Notes: generated by a model from the sequence alone, not told the origin. Positions 45,527-56,195 are shown, numbered from the stretch's first letter. The stretch is 64,000 nt of DNA from a virus (IMGVR_UViG_3300031857_016701:1-64000), one strand, 5' to 3'. Made by a program: numbers and translations.

Positions 45527-46718
45527 TTTTATATAAATACATATTTAGGTTATCATTTTCAATTGTCTTGATACAATTGTAATTTTTTATTTCTATAATA
45601 TCTTTTCTAAAAATTAATATATAATTTGAATCAATATAATTTATAATATCAACATCACAATCTTTATTTATAACCAACAAATCTGTTTTTTGTTTTATTA
45701 TATCACTAGTATTTAATAGTTTTATACTAATATTATAATTAAAAAGATAATTTAAATGATGACATATATCATGACAAAGATCAAATTTATCATCGTATGA
45801 TATTAATTCTTTAGGATTTAAATGTAAAAGTAAACGAGACACATAAGCTCTTTGTGTTTTATATTCAACAATATTAGTTATGTTTAGTTCTTTTAATTTT
45901 AAAATTTCATCTACAAATGGATATATATAATTTTCTTTGTTGTATAGATTCAAATCTTTTATTTTGTTTTTGCTATATTCGATTTCGAATTTATATAAAT
46001 CTACATCTTTTTGATTTATACAATAATTGATTGTATTTTCATGTATATCATTAGCACTTAAATTGTTTTCTTTCCATTTAAAAAGAAAATAATATAAATT
46101 TCTTTGTTTAAAATCAGAATAATAAGGAGCAATCAAAACTTCTCCTGTTCCTCTTCTATTTCCGATTACTTCAGTTTCTTCACAATTATTTATATAACTT
46201 ATAGATTTGTAACCGATACAATTGTGAGAAATAGTTGAATTTGCTTTTTTTCTTATCGTTTCTGTCAAGTCTGAATCTTCATGGTAACATGGCCATATAT
46301 TATCATCAAATAATCCAACACATTTAATCCACTCTTTTGATGCTATAAATGATGCCCAATGATTACACCATATTAAATGAATATTATTATTTTTTTCTTC
46401 CGTAAATTTATTAAAAATTGATTCTAATGATGTGTTTTTAATAAAATAATTATCATCACACATAAATAAAATGTCTTCGTTTTGATTTAACTTAATAATT
46501 TCATTAGTTCCTCTACATGTACCATAATTATAAGCATTTTTAATTATGGTAATAGGTATATCAATTTTTTCTTTTAGATGATATCCGATTCCATTATCAC
46601 TAATATAAATTTGTTTTGGCCATACATTTTGTATAATAATATCTTTAATTAGATCATCCAAATAATCATACCGATTATATGTTATAATTCCGATAATAAA
46701 ATTTTTTGTTACATTCAT
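45519..46718 (-). CDS. GT2-family glycosyltransferase
   Basis: IGIITYNRYDYLDDLI ... MCDDN. Confidence 0.5.
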   Translation of the reverse strand: MNVTKNFIIGIITYNRYDYLDDLIKDIIIQNVWPKQIYISDNGIGYHLKEKIDIPITIIKNAYNYGTCRGTNEIIKLNQNEDILFMCDDNYFIKNTSLESIFNKFTEEKNNNIHLIWCNHWASFIASKEWIKCVGLFDDNIWPCYHEDSDLTETIRKKANSTISHNCIGYKSISYINNCEETEVIGNRRGTGEVLIAPYYSDFKQRNLYYFLFKWKENNLSANDIHENTINYCINQKDVDLYKFEIEYSKNKIKDLNLYNKENYIYPFVDEILKLKELNITNIVEYKTQRAYVSRLLLHLNPKELISYDDKFDLCHDICHHLNYLFNYNISIKLLNTSDIIKQKTDLLVINKDCDVDIINYIDSNYILIFRKDIIEIKNYNCIKTIENDNLNMYLYKNE

Positions 46719-49216
46719 ATCTTTATAATTCCTGTCTTTTCATCATTTAATCCGAAGCTAACAACAAATTTACCATCTTTTTCAATTGCACCACATGGAA
46801 AAACTACTAACGGACTAATTTCATCCAAAATTCTTTCATCTGCTTCATTTCCATGTAAAATTGGTTCACTATCAATATGAACAATTTTAAATGGAGGAAT
46901 ACTTTCAAATTTGTAATATCCCATAAAGTATTGTCTTTTAGGAAATCTCCAAGGTAAACTACTATGGAAAAAATTGTGGTAATATCCATCTTTTAATATT
47001 GGATTACTTCCCATTCTACATTCACCAAAAATCCATTCTTTACTAATATCATGAAAATTTTTATATTCGGTTATTACCTTATTTGTTTTTAAATCTACTT
47101 CAATAAGAACATGTGGATTCATTCTATATACAACCATTAAATTTCCATTATATATAAAGAAAGTCCAATTTTTTTGATGATTTTTATTTTCATTTATACT
47201 ATTTCCATTACCATCATATTCTATATGAATATTATCAATGTGATTGAAATTTTTATCAAATACTAATATTTTTTGATGTATAAATTTTACTTTATTAAAT
47301 TGATAATTAGCACACCCAACATAATATTTATTATCATGAACTAATACTCTAGGATCTTCATATTGTTCATTATCAATTTCATCGATAATTTTTAAATTCA
47401 AATCTTTTATTATATTATAGTTTTCATCCAATTCATATAATTTTAAAGTATTTTTAAACTTTTTAAATCCTATTAATATAGACTCTCTCGTCATTAATAA
47501 TAATTTATTATCATAACCTTTAAAAATACAAGAGTTAAAATAAAAGTTTTTATTTGTATATGGTAAATCTACAATTTTTACATCATTCGATTGATTGAAA
47601 ACACTATCTTGTAGTTTGGATGATATATATCCATGTAAATTTTTTTCAATTATATTATAGATATATTTATCAATATGATTGATATCTTTAATAGAAAATG
47701 TTTTAAACGTATTATCAATATAATTCACTTTAATATTAAATAATTTAAATGATAATTCTCTTTCATCATCTAACTCTGGCTTTATTTTTTTAGGAACAAA
47801 ATATGGTTGAAAAGTTTCTATTTTGGAACCTTCAATTGTAACTTTATTAATTCCATTATAAACTATTTTTCTTTCACCATTTATTTCTATAAATGTTTCT
47901 TTATCAAGAGATTCAAATTCTAATTCAATTGACTTTATTGAAGAATGATATATATAAAATTCACTTGATTTACCCATCCATCTAAATGGTATTTTATTAT
48001 CATATTCTATATCATGGAATCCGTTTCCAATTGATATCTGATATCTTTCATAGAATGTTTCATTTTTTCCAAATAATGTACAATTTAACAATTTACTGGC
48101 GTGTTTTTTATCTGCTATAGCCCATTTATATGTGTCGTCTAATTTAAATTGGAAAAAAACACTTTCATTTTTATCTAATGAATTAAGTTTATAATCCACT
48201 AAACCATCATAATCTTTACCTAGATATTCCGTATGTCCACCATAACCAGTAATAATTACTTTTTTATCATTATTAAACGCATCAAATGCACCTAAACAAA
48301 ATCCTTCGGTCTTAGTTAAATGAAAATAACAATCTCCGATATCATGTAAAGATTTAATTTCGTCATAATTTAAATTATCTTTAATATAAATGATTGGTGC
48401 ATGATTATATCCACTCGTTACTTTTATTATTTCTTCTACACATTTATCTTGTTCTTCTTTAGAATAATTTAATTTAAATGTTTTTACTATTAAAAGTACA
48501 TTATCATCTGATGTAAAGGTATTACAATATGATTCAATTGTATTTAGTATTCCTTTTCTTTCAATTAATTGACCTATACAATAAAATTTATAAGAATTTT
48601 CTAAATTTACAATATCATCGGATTTACATAAAATCATACTCTTAGATAAAAGATGTTTTAATCCAGTTTTTTTGTAAGGATAATCTACATAAATGTGTGG
48701 TTCAACTATAATAGGTTTAGTTACTCCACTATTAATAAAACACTTTTTGTTCCATTCAGTGGGTACGCTTACAATATCAACTATACTAGCATTAATAGAA
48801 TCAACCCAAGATGGTAATAATTTTTCAAATTCCCATACCGTTCTACCAATAAGAGTTTTTCCTTCTAAATTGACATTAGGAGCATTTTTAATTACATTAG
48901 TCCAAATATCAGGGGTAGAATGTACAATAATTGTATTGTAATTAATATTAACTGATGTACATGAATTTAAATATTGATGAAATCTATCATTTTCATTAAC
49001 TTCATCACTGCAATTAAAGTATTGAGTTTTTACAGGTATCTTTTTACTAATGTAGTCGTAGATATATCCTTTAGCCGCATTAGCATATCCACTAGTACCA
49101 TTCTGACAAATATACAATATAGATTTATCTTTATATAAAAAAGTATTAGCCATTGTAACATTATTCTTTCTAAAGATATAACTATGTAGTAAATTAAATT
49201 TGTCAGTAGAAACCAT
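46715..49216 (-). CDS. two-domain glycan enzyme: N-terminal GT4-like glycosyltransferase fused to a C-terminal GH130/DUF377-like (beta-propeller glycoside phosphorylase/transferase-like) domain
   Basis: EGFCLGAFDAFNNDKKVIITGYGG (E-x7-E). C-terminal half ends VVFPCGAIEKDGKFVVSFGLND, resembling the GH130 C-terminus. Size 833 aa. Confidence 0.4.
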   Translation of the reverse strand: MVSTDKFNLLHSYIFRKNNVTMANTFLYKDKSILYICQNGTSGYANAAKGYIYDYISKKIPVKTQYFNCSDEVNENDRFHQYLNSCTSVNINYNTIIVHSTPDIWTNVIKNAPNVNLEGKTLIGRTVWEFEKLLPSWVDSINASIVDIVSVPTEWNKKCFINSGVTKPIIVEPHIYVDYPYKKTGLKHLLSKSMILCKSDDIVNLENSYKFYCIGQLIERKGILNTIESYCNTFTSDDNVLLIVKTFKLNYSKEEQDKCVEEIIKVTSGYNHAPIIYIKDNLNYDEIKSLHDIGDCYFHLTKTEGFCLGAFDAFNNDKKVIITGYGGHTEYLGKDYDGLVDYKLNSLDKNESVFFQFKLDDTYKWAIADKKHASKLLNCTLFGKNETFYERYQISIGNGFHDIEYDNKIPFRWMGKSSEFYIYHSSIKSIELEFESLDKETFIEINGERKIVYNGINKVTIEGSKIETFQPYFVPKKIKPELDDERELSFKLFNIKVNYIDNTFKTFSIKDINHIDKYIYNIIEKNLHGYISSKLQDSVFNQSNDVKIVDLPYTNKNFYFNSCIFKGYDNKLLLMTRESILIGFKKFKNTLKLYELDENYNIIKDLNLKIIDEIDNEQYEDPRVLVHDNKYYVGCANYQFNKVKFIHQKILVFDKNFNHIDNIHIEYDGNGNSINENKNHQKNWTFFIYNGNLMVVYRMNPHVLIEVDLKTNKVITEYKNFHDISKEWIFGECRMGSNPILKDGYYHNFFHSSLPWRFPKRQYFMGYYKFESIPPFKIVHIDSEPILHGNEADERILDEISPLVVFPCGAIEKDGKFVVSFGLNDEKTGIIKI

Positions 49217-50166
49217 TATTTTAAATCTTTAAGTAACTTTGCAATACAAGCCATGAAAGTAATCTCACGATTAACCACCATAGCACTTTGATATATATAT
49301 TCTGCCAAAGTTAAAATCACAAGAGTCTGTTTACCGTTTGAATATTCATCTACCTTATCAAACAATACTTCATATATCTCTTCATAATGTTTAATATCAC
49401 TATCCGCAATCAATTGTCTAATATCATTAAACGCAGTTGAACTACGAATCTTCAATAATTCAACAATCTTATTTTTAACATCAACATTGGTACTGTTCAA
49501 TTCACTAATCTTAACCTTACCATTGATAACACTCTGTTGACTATAATTGAGAATCTTACGAATGTCTGGATAATATGTATTGACAATATAACCCAAATCT
49601 TCTGGTGTATATTGTACTGTTTCTTTATCAAGAATATTCTTCAAATGTACCGCAACTTCTTTCTTGCTCAATGGTTCAATCTTATATGTCTGACAACGAG
49701 AAACAAGAGCTGGAATGATCTTTTCTACATAGTTACAAGTCAAAATAAACCGTGTAGTCAAACTATAGGTTTCCATCATGTTACGAAGAGCAGCTTGAGC
49801 TTCTGGACTCAAGAAGTCAGCTTCATCAAGAATAATAACCTTAATCTTCCTAAAACCAACACTACTAGCAAAGCTTTTAATCTTAGTTCGTACATTTTCT
49901 ACACTGTTTTCATCTGATGCATTGATATACATTACATCACAATCAATATTCTTTGTAATAGCCTTAGCCAAGGTAGTCTTACCAGTACCAGCAGTACCAT
50001 AAAACAACAAATGGGGAATATCCTGTTTCTCAATATAACCCTTTACAGTGTCCTTTAACTGTTGATTTCCAATGTAATTTTCTAATGTGTTGGGACGGTA
50101 CTTCTCAACCCATAGATAATGTTGCGTTTCAGTCTGTTTAACTTCTTCAAATGCAATAAAACTCAT
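49216..50166 (-). CDS. clamp loader ATPase subunit (T4 gp44/RFC-like)
   Basis: Walker A GTAGTGKTT. Walker B ILDEADFL. SRC sensor motif (VSRCQT). Confidence 0.8.
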   Translation of the reverse strand: MSFIAFEEVKQTETQHYLWVEKYRPNTLENYIGNQQLKDTVKGYIEKQDIPHLLFYGTAGTGKTTLAKAITKNIDCDVMYINASDENSVENVRTKIKSFASSVGFRKIKVIILDEADFLSPEAQAALRNMMETYSLTTRFILTCNYVEKIIPALVSRCQTYKIEPLSKKEVAVHLKNILDKETVQYTPEDLGYIVNTYYPDIRKILNYSQQSVINGKVKISELNSTNVDVKNKIVELLKIRSSTAFNDIRQLIADSDIKHYEEIYEVLFDKVDEYSNGKQTLVILTLAEYIYQSAMVVNREITFMACIAKLLKDLK

Positions 50167-50204
50167 ATCTTTAATAGTTTACCATACAAAATCCAAATGT
50201 CAAC

Positions 50205-50240
50205 CAACAAAAAACCCCGTATACTTTGAAATATACGGGG
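50205..50240 (-). terminator. rho-independent terminator on the minus strand between the clamp and clamp-loader genes
   Basis: CCCCGTATA-8 nt loop-TATACGGGG followed (minus sense) by TTTTTTGTTGG. Confidence 0.65.
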
Positions 50241-50260
50241 TAACATTTCATTAATAATGA

Positions 50261-50998
50261 TTAATCAATACTCTTGACTTCAACTAGGTAATATTCGGCA
50301 GTAATATCACCACATACGAATTCAACACTTGCCAATCCAGCTTCACTTACCTTCAAGTGAGCATTAGTACAATCCCTATTAGCAACAAGGATTTCCTTCA
50401 AGTGATTTGCATTGAAGTTGATGTTCTTGGTAACAGTATCCTTACCTTCAACCGCATTTACTGCCAATTTAATACGATTACTATTTATACTTGAATAACC
50501 AATAATCATCTCCAACTTACCCTTCTTGTTCATTGTTAATGTAAATGTATCTACATCGGCCAATGCACCCTTAGATGATACGAACTTAGAAATAAAGTCA
50601 GCATCCAAAGGAATTTCAACAGTAAATGGTGGAACCTTCTTAAGTGGAGGAGCAGATGGAATTACACTCAAATCTGCAATAACATACTGTACATCAGTAT
50701 TATCATCACTAAATACAACACTAGTAATCTTATCACCAGTCTTATTATATTCTGACTTGATTTCATCCTTCAAAACACCAAGAAGTTTAACCAACTTAGA
50801 TGTATCGTTAATACCCAACTCACCGTCAGGCAATTCATTGAAGTTGTTTAGTGTAACCTTCAATAGAACATTCTTATCCTCTGTAATCGCATTTGTAATC
50901 AATTGTTTGTTTGATGTATTTGCAACCCACTTTACGGATTCAACTGTTCCACCTAGATAATACTTATTAATGAATGTTTTTAATGTTTCTTTTGTCAT
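50261..50998 (-). CDS. sliding clamp (T4 gp45-like)
   Basis: Size (245 aa), position next to the clamp loader, and gp45-like architecture. Weak direct motif evidence. Confidence 0.5.
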   Translation of the reverse strand: MTKETLKTFINKYYLGGTVESVKWVANTSNKQLITNAITEDKNVLLKVTLNNFNELPDGELGINDTSKLVKLLGVLKDEIKSEYNKTGDKITSVVFSDDNTDVQYVIADLSVIPSAPPLKKVPPFTVEIPLDADFISKFVSSKGALADVDTFTLTMNKKGKLEMIIGYSSINSNRIKLAVNAVEGKDTVTKNINFNANHLKEILVANRDCTNAHLKVSEAGLASVEFVCGDITAEYYLVEVKSID

Positions 50999-51040
50999 AA
51001 CTTTTTTAATTTACCACTGTTTTTTTGTTTTGTCTATTTT

Positions 51041-51457
51041 TTATTTTGATTCGAAGTCAAAAAATTCTTTAGCTGTTTCTGTATAATCGTCAGGCAAAAT
51101 CATACAAGAAGAACCGTCAACTTTATATAAATCACTTGGTGAAATATAAAAGCATCCAATCTTGTAGTCTGCATAAGCTACACTTCTCATTTGATAATAC
51201 ACTTTTACATCAAAATCTGCTGTTCTAAATTCAATATAATATACTTTTGGGTCACTTAATCTATATAACTGACTATTTGGTATATACAATGCATTACAAC
51301 GGATTTGATTTTTATCAAATTCCACATATGGTCCCCGTTGTCCTATAACCACTCTGTTATAACCCTTAGAAATAACAAAATGTGGAGCATTTAGATACAG
51401 AGGTATATTTGATCCATCCTCTATTGGGATGGTTAACATTTCTTTATATTTACTCAT
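51041..51457 (-). CDS. hypothetical protein between the polymerase and clamp genes (possible clamp-loader small subunit or RegA-position gene)
   Basis: Positional inference only. Confidence 0.3.
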   Translation of the reverse strand: MSKYKEMLTIPIEDGSNIPLYLNAPHFVISKGYNRVVIGQRGPYVEFDKNQIRCNALYIPNSQLYRLSDPKVYYIEFRTADFDVKVYYQMRSVAYADYKIGCFYISPSDLYKVDGSSCMILPDDYTETAKEFFDFESK

Positions 51458-51462
51458 AACAA

Positions 51463-53997
51463 TTAAAATCCGAAAAATTCACTGGCTTTAGCATCATTTT
51501 CATTAGGATAATCCCAACCAAGAACCTTATAGAAATCTTCTAATTTACTCTTTAGTTCTTGTTCATACATTGCTTCACGATCAACATATTTCAAAATGAA
51601 TTCCATGATTTGATCTGGATCAGTACCGTCAGCTTTCATAGCCAATCCTTCAATGCCATATTCATTTTGTTTCATATATACCCATTTGATTTTCTGTCCA
51701 TGAAGAATCTTAGGAACAGTCTTAACCAAATTCCACTTAACAAGTAGATCATTATAAGCCAAAGCTGCTTTAGCTTGTGCTGGAGTACCACTTACAAACT
51801 TAAATGATGGTCGTTTGTTACTATCATACACTTTGGTTTTGTCTTGACTGCTAAATTTAACACTGGTGTTCTTAGCAATATCAACAACATTCAATGTCTT
51901 GATACTTTCTTTGAATTCCAAGATGTTCTTATCAATAGTCTCTTTTTCCACTTTTTTCAATAAGTCAATCAAGAAACCATGCATGAATGTTCTGAATTTG
52001 GCTGGAAATGATGTTCTAACAACGTCAATACCCTTTACTTCCAATTCATCACACACTACACCACCCTTATTGATAATAAACTGTGCGTAACGTTTCTTAG
52101 CTAACCAGAATGATGTCTTCGCAATAACTTCTTGTTTAGCGTCAAACCGATGTTTTTGAACATTAAACATACGGTCTGCCATGATATCAAACATCTTGTT
52201 TACGAAAGATTGTACCTCACCACAAACTTTCAAGATTGCTTTGGTCATTTGTTCTTCATCTTTGAGATCAATATCTGGCATTGTCTTTTGAATGATAGGT
52301 AAAGCGCTAGCAAAACAAGAGTCGGTATCAGTGTAAATAAGATAATCACCATCTTCCTTTAGTGTAGTTTTATAGTATTGATTGATAGATTTACCCGCAG
52401 TCTTAATGATATCAACGCCAGTCAATGTTACTGCTTCAGCGTTGTCCTTATCATAAAAACGGAATACAGGTAGACCCAAACATCCATAAATAGAGTTAAG
52501 CAAAATCTTTTGAATCTTTTGACGGTTATCATAAAATTCATACTGTTCCCATTCTTTAGCATCTGCATGTTTCTTAGCCAACTTTCGTAAATTCTTACGT
52601 TCATCGAACCACTTGACTAGAATACTAGGAATAGTTCCCATATCACCATTTTCTTCTGGTTTCTTATAAAGAACACCGTTACTAGCAATACTCAAATTGT
52701 TTTCCGTCAACATTGATTTAAAATCTGTAGGAGTATATGGTGTTCCTGAAATGTATATACTATTCAATCCATTCTTAACATATTCTTCGACGTTCCAATT
52801 GTCTACCTTACCTACTTTAGTCTCTGGACTGATGTTAAGTGAGATGATGATATTCGGATACATTGATGTAAGGTCCAAGTCAAACACCCAATCATAACGA
52901 CCGGGAATAGGATCTTTAACATAAGCACCTTCAAAACCTTCTTCATTTTGTTCCAATTGGTTTTCATATTCAGCCCGGCCTTCTAATGACTTATTAGGAG
53001 CAACTTGTTTCTTTCTGCGTAGATAAATAAGAATAGCACCTTCTAGAAACCTAGAACTCATACCGAAATTTTCATAACCTACATGTCCAGTATGACAAAT
53101 ACCCCTAGCCAAATCAATGAATTGTAACTTTTCATCAAGAGCAACAACAATCTTAACGTCATTTAAGTTATATTCAATGTACTTGTTAATATCTTCCTTA
53201 TACAAATCATTCAAACTACCTTTGTAACTGATCTTATCAATATTAACAACTTTCTTACCAATAGCACCTAGAGCATAACTTGGTTCGTTCTTACCACTGA
53301 ACTTCTTGTATAGAATCATATAATCTAAACAAGATACACCTGCAATAGTCATTCGTTCTTGGAACTTATTAAAGTAACAAATACCAATTGAACTCAATCG
53401 TTTTGCATTTGTTTCACCCACAACACGCTTTGCACGGTTGTACAAGTAAACCATATCGAAGTTATCAATGTTCCACCCAGTAACAATAGTTGGTTGAATT
53501 TCCTCCCACTTGGTAAAGAAATGCATCAACAATGATTCTTCGTTATCATACGATTTGATTTCAACACCATTGCTAATACTATCTTTCAACTTCATTTCTT
53601 TATCCAAAATGAATGCGGTGTATTGTTTTGTAGCATCATCGTAAATAGCAATAGCAGTAATTTCTTTATCACCTTCTTCAATGACTGGAAATCCACCTTC
53701 TGAACTAACTTCGATATCGATAGTAACTACACGATGTCCTTTTGATGGTTCATCACTATCTTCGTATGCATCAATTAGAATACGAGTTTCGGTTGGAACA
53801 TCACTTTCAAACAATGATGGGTCTCTTGGATTAAAGTTATAAATCTTTTCTAACTTATCACCATAAATTGAACGGTAAATGCCATTTGGACTCTTTCTAT
53901 AAGCATAATGTCTAAATGGAAATGTTACATAACCCTTTTCATCGTCCCAAAGATGAACAATGTTTTCTTTCTTATCTACGAATATATTTTGATACAT
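51463..53997 (-). CDS. family B DNA polymerase (T4 gp43-like)
   Basis: DLTSMYPNII (motif A), KILLNSIYG (motif B), YTDTDS (motif C), exonuclease motifs. Size 844 aa. Confidence 0.9.
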   Translation of the reverse strand: MYQNIFVDKKENIVHLWDDEKGYVTFPFRHYAYRKSPNGIYRSIYGDKLEKIYNFNPRDPSLFESDVPTETRILIDAYEDSDEPSKGHRVVTIDIEVSSEGGFPVIEEGDKEITAIAIYDDATKQYTAFILDKEMKLKDSISNGVEIKSYDNEESLLMHFFTKWEEIQPTIVTGWNIDNFDMVYLYNRAKRVVGETNAKRLSSIGICYFNKFQERMTIAGVSCLDYMILYKKFSGKNEPSYALGAIGKKVVNIDKISYKGSLNDLYKEDINKYIEYNLNDVKIVVALDEKLQFIDLARGICHTGHVGYENFGMSSRFLEGAILIYLRRKKQVAPNKSLEGRAEYENQLEQNEEGFEGAYVKDPIPGRYDWVFDLDLTSMYPNIIISLNISPETKVGKVDNWNVEEYVKNGLNSIYISGTPYTPTDFKSMLTENNLSIASNGVLYKKPEENGDMGTIPSILVKWFDERKNLRKLAKKHADAKEWEQYEFYDNRQKIQKILLNSIYGCLGLPVFRFYDKDNAEAVTLTGVDIIKTAGKSINQYYKTTLKEDGDYLIYTDTDSCFASALPIIQKTMPDIDLKDEEQMTKAILKVCGEVQSFVNKMFDIMADRMFNVQKHRFDAKQEVIAKTSFWLAKKRYAQFIINKGGVVCDELEVKGIDVVRTSFPAKFRTFMHGFLIDLLKKVEKETIDKNILEFKESIKTLNVVDIAKNTSVKFSSQDKTKVYDSNKRPSFKFVSGTPAQAKAALAYNDLLVKWNLVKTVPKILHGQKIKWVYMKQNEYGIEGLAMKADGTDPDQIMEFILKYVDREAMYEQELKSKLEDFYKVLGWDYPNENDAKASEFFGF

Positions 53998-53999
53998 AA

Positions 54000-54227
54000 T
54001 TAATAACCCAACTTACTCTTCAACGAATTGTAAATTTCAATATACTCTGGTTTGACATATTTGTCAAATTGAATCACTCGGTCTTTGAGTTTGTGTTCTT
54101 TTATAAATGGAAAGAGTGAAGGTTCCATTTGTTGTCCAGTTAACACGGGCGGATTTCCCATGTTAACGATACCCCAAAGCATTGCAACTTCATCTTCCGT
54201 AAATGATTGTAACTGGTCTAATGTCAT
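54000..54227 (-). CDS. hypothetical protein (75 aa)
   Basis: ORF coupled to the pol gene. Confidence 0.3.
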   Translation of the reverse strand: MTLDQLQSFTEDEVAMLWGIVNMGNPPVLTGQQMEPSLFPFIKEHKLKDRVIQFDKYVKPEYIEIYNSLKSKLGY

Positions 54228-54958
54228 TTTAGTTTAATACCAAATATATTGGTACTATAACTAACGAACAAAACATTGTCAAGTTTATTTTTTAGTTTTT
54301 CTAATTCTTTTGTATGAATTTCTTTTTCTGCATCATCTACTTCTTTGACGCTGAAACTATTTCCAGTACTAATACCTACATTGCTTCTTGGACTTAGATT
54401 AACTTGTGGAGTAATAACTAAATAATCTCCTTCTTTTAATTGTTTCATTTTACTGGATTTACCATCCAATACTAGAATTGTACCTTCTACTACATATATG
54501 TGTGTATATTTTGCACCGGATTTAGCAAAGAACTTACATTTACCACAGTTAATAAATCCCATAGCAGTACCGATATTGTATACATTTGTAGTTGCGTTGA
54601 CGCAATAAATTTCACCGTCAAATGTAAAATTAAACAAACTGTCTTTTACTCTAACGATGTCTGGTAATTTGAAATCGTTTTCATACACTGTTTGGGTTTG
54701 ACTAAAATATACAGATGTATTTTCTAATTGATTTACTGCAATTTTGTGTGGAAATACATAACTGGCATAATCATTGGTTTTGGTAGCAATGGATAAACCA
54801 TTTGATAATGTGAATGTTTTACCACTGGTAGTTGGTAATAAATTTAATTTGTTATCAATGACTTCGGATATTTCAGTCTTTTCGTTTGCGTCATATAAAA
54901 ATAATTCGTTGGCAAACAAGGACATACAGCTTAATAGGATGATTATAATATTCTTCAT
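54224..54958 (-). CDS. hypothetical secreted protein (signal peptide)
   Basis: MKNIIIILLSCMSLFANE leader. Confidence 0.35.
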   Translation of the reverse strand: MKNIIIILLSCMSLFANELFLYDANEKTEISEVIDNKLNLLPTTSGKTFTLSNGLSIATKTNDYASYVFPHKIAVNQLENTSVYFSQTQTVYENDFKLPDIVRVKDSLFNFTFDGEIYCVNATTNVYNIGTAMGFINCGKCKFFAKSGAKYTHIYVVEGTILVLDGKSSKMKQLKEGDYLVITPQVNLSPRSNVGISTGNSFSVKEVDDAEKEIHTKELEKLKNKLDNVLFVSYSTNIFGIKLK

Positions 54959-55015
54959 ATACGATAAATAGTTGTTATAAATTGACTTATGTTAATTATA
55001 GTGTAAAGTATACAA

Positions 55016-55924
55016 ATGGAATTACAAGAAATAAAAAAGAAAAAAGTAAGTTTCAGTCAATATTCTATGTGGATGAAGTGTCCGTATAGTTGGAAACTTA
55101 ACTATCTGGAAGGTAAACGAATCTATGATGCGAGTTTAAATATCTTCTTTGGTACTGCTATTCATCATTCAGTTCAAACATTTTTACAAACATTGTATAC
55201 AGAATCCGTTGAAAAGGCTGATAGTCTCAATCTGTATGAATTGTTCAAAGTTAAATTTGAAGAAGAAATCCAAAAAGAAAAAGCTAAACCAGGATCCAAG
55301 TTTACTTATACGGATGATGAATATACCGAGTTCGTATTTGATGGTGAAGATATCTTAAAGACTTTCCTAAGTTCAAAGAATCGTCTCAAATACTTTCCGT
55401 CACAGAAATATGAATTTATTGGTATTGAAGTACCATTGGATATGTCTATTAAAAACAATGTAGACTTCATTGCATATCTAGACTTGGTTCTTAAAGATAA
55501 AGAAACTGGTAAGTACAAGATTTATGACTTTAAAACCAGTTCTAATGGGTGGAATAAGTATCAAAAGGAAGATCCAGCGAAGTTTAGTCAAATCTTACTA
55601 TATAAAGCATTTTATGCGAAGAAGTTCGCTGTAGATTTGAACATGATAGAAGTAGAATTCTTCATCTTGAAGAGAAAACTATATGAAAATGCCGATTTCC
55701 CACAAAGTCGTATTCAAATCTTTGAACCAATGCATAATAAACAAGCCGTAATATCTACCATCAATGACTTTGGTACGTTTGTAACGGAATGTTTTACTAC
55801 AGAAGGAACTTATAATGTTAATGGTTCTTATCCAAAGATTCCTGGTAAAGCTAAGAAAAACTGTAAATACTGTTCTCATCACAAGGTAAATTGTAACGGT
55901 AAAGAAGACAAATTATTAAATTAA
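55016..55924 (+). CDS. Cas4-like PD-(D/E)xK nuclease with a 4-Cys Fe-S cluster
   Basis: N-terminal Cys (MKCPYSW). D...DFK core. QILLYKAFY (QxxxY). C-terminal CKYCSHHKVNC. Confidence 0.6.
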   Translation: MELQEIKKKKVSFSQYSMWMKCPYSWKLNYLEGKRIYDASLNIFFGTAIHHSVQTFLQTLYTESVEKADSLNLYELFKVKFEEEIQKEKAKPGSKFTYTDDEYTEFVFDGEDILKTFLSSKNRLKYFPSQKYEFIGIEVPLDMSIKNNVDFIAYLDLVLKDKETGKYKIYDFKTSSNGWNKYQKEDPAKFSQILLYKAFYAKKFAVDLNMIEVEFFILKRKLYENADFPQSRIQIFEPMHNKQAVISTINDFGTFVTECFTTEGTYNVNGSYPKIPGKAKKNCKYCSHHKVNCNGKEDKLLN

Positions 55925-55932
55925 AATTAATA

Positions 55933-55952
55933 TATATGTAATTGTACATATA
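55933..55952. repeat. perfect inverted repeat TATATGTA-attg-TACATATA in an intergenic gap
   Basis: Seen directly. Possible operator or small hairpin. Confidence 0.4.
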
Positions 55953-55964
55953 CGTATATGTTGT

Positions 55965-56195
55965 ATGAAATATGATAGTATAACAACAATTAAAGTAAAT
56001 AAACAGTTATATGATTCATTTAAGATTGATAATATCAAGAGCAAGTTCAACCTACAAGATTTGGTAAGTCGTTCAATGTATTTGTATATGAACGACAAAG
56101 ATTTTAGAGATAGACTTTATAATTTAATATTGCCAGTATTAAGTGAAGCTTCACAACAAACCGTTTTAAACATTTCAGGATCTAAAAAAGTATGA
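55965..56195 (+). CDS. hypothetical protein (76 aa)
   Basis: ORF. Confidence 0.3.
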   Translation: MKYDSITTIKVNKQLYDSFKIDNIKSKFNLQDLVSRSMYLYMNDKDFRDRLYNLILPVLSEASQQTVLNISGSKKV

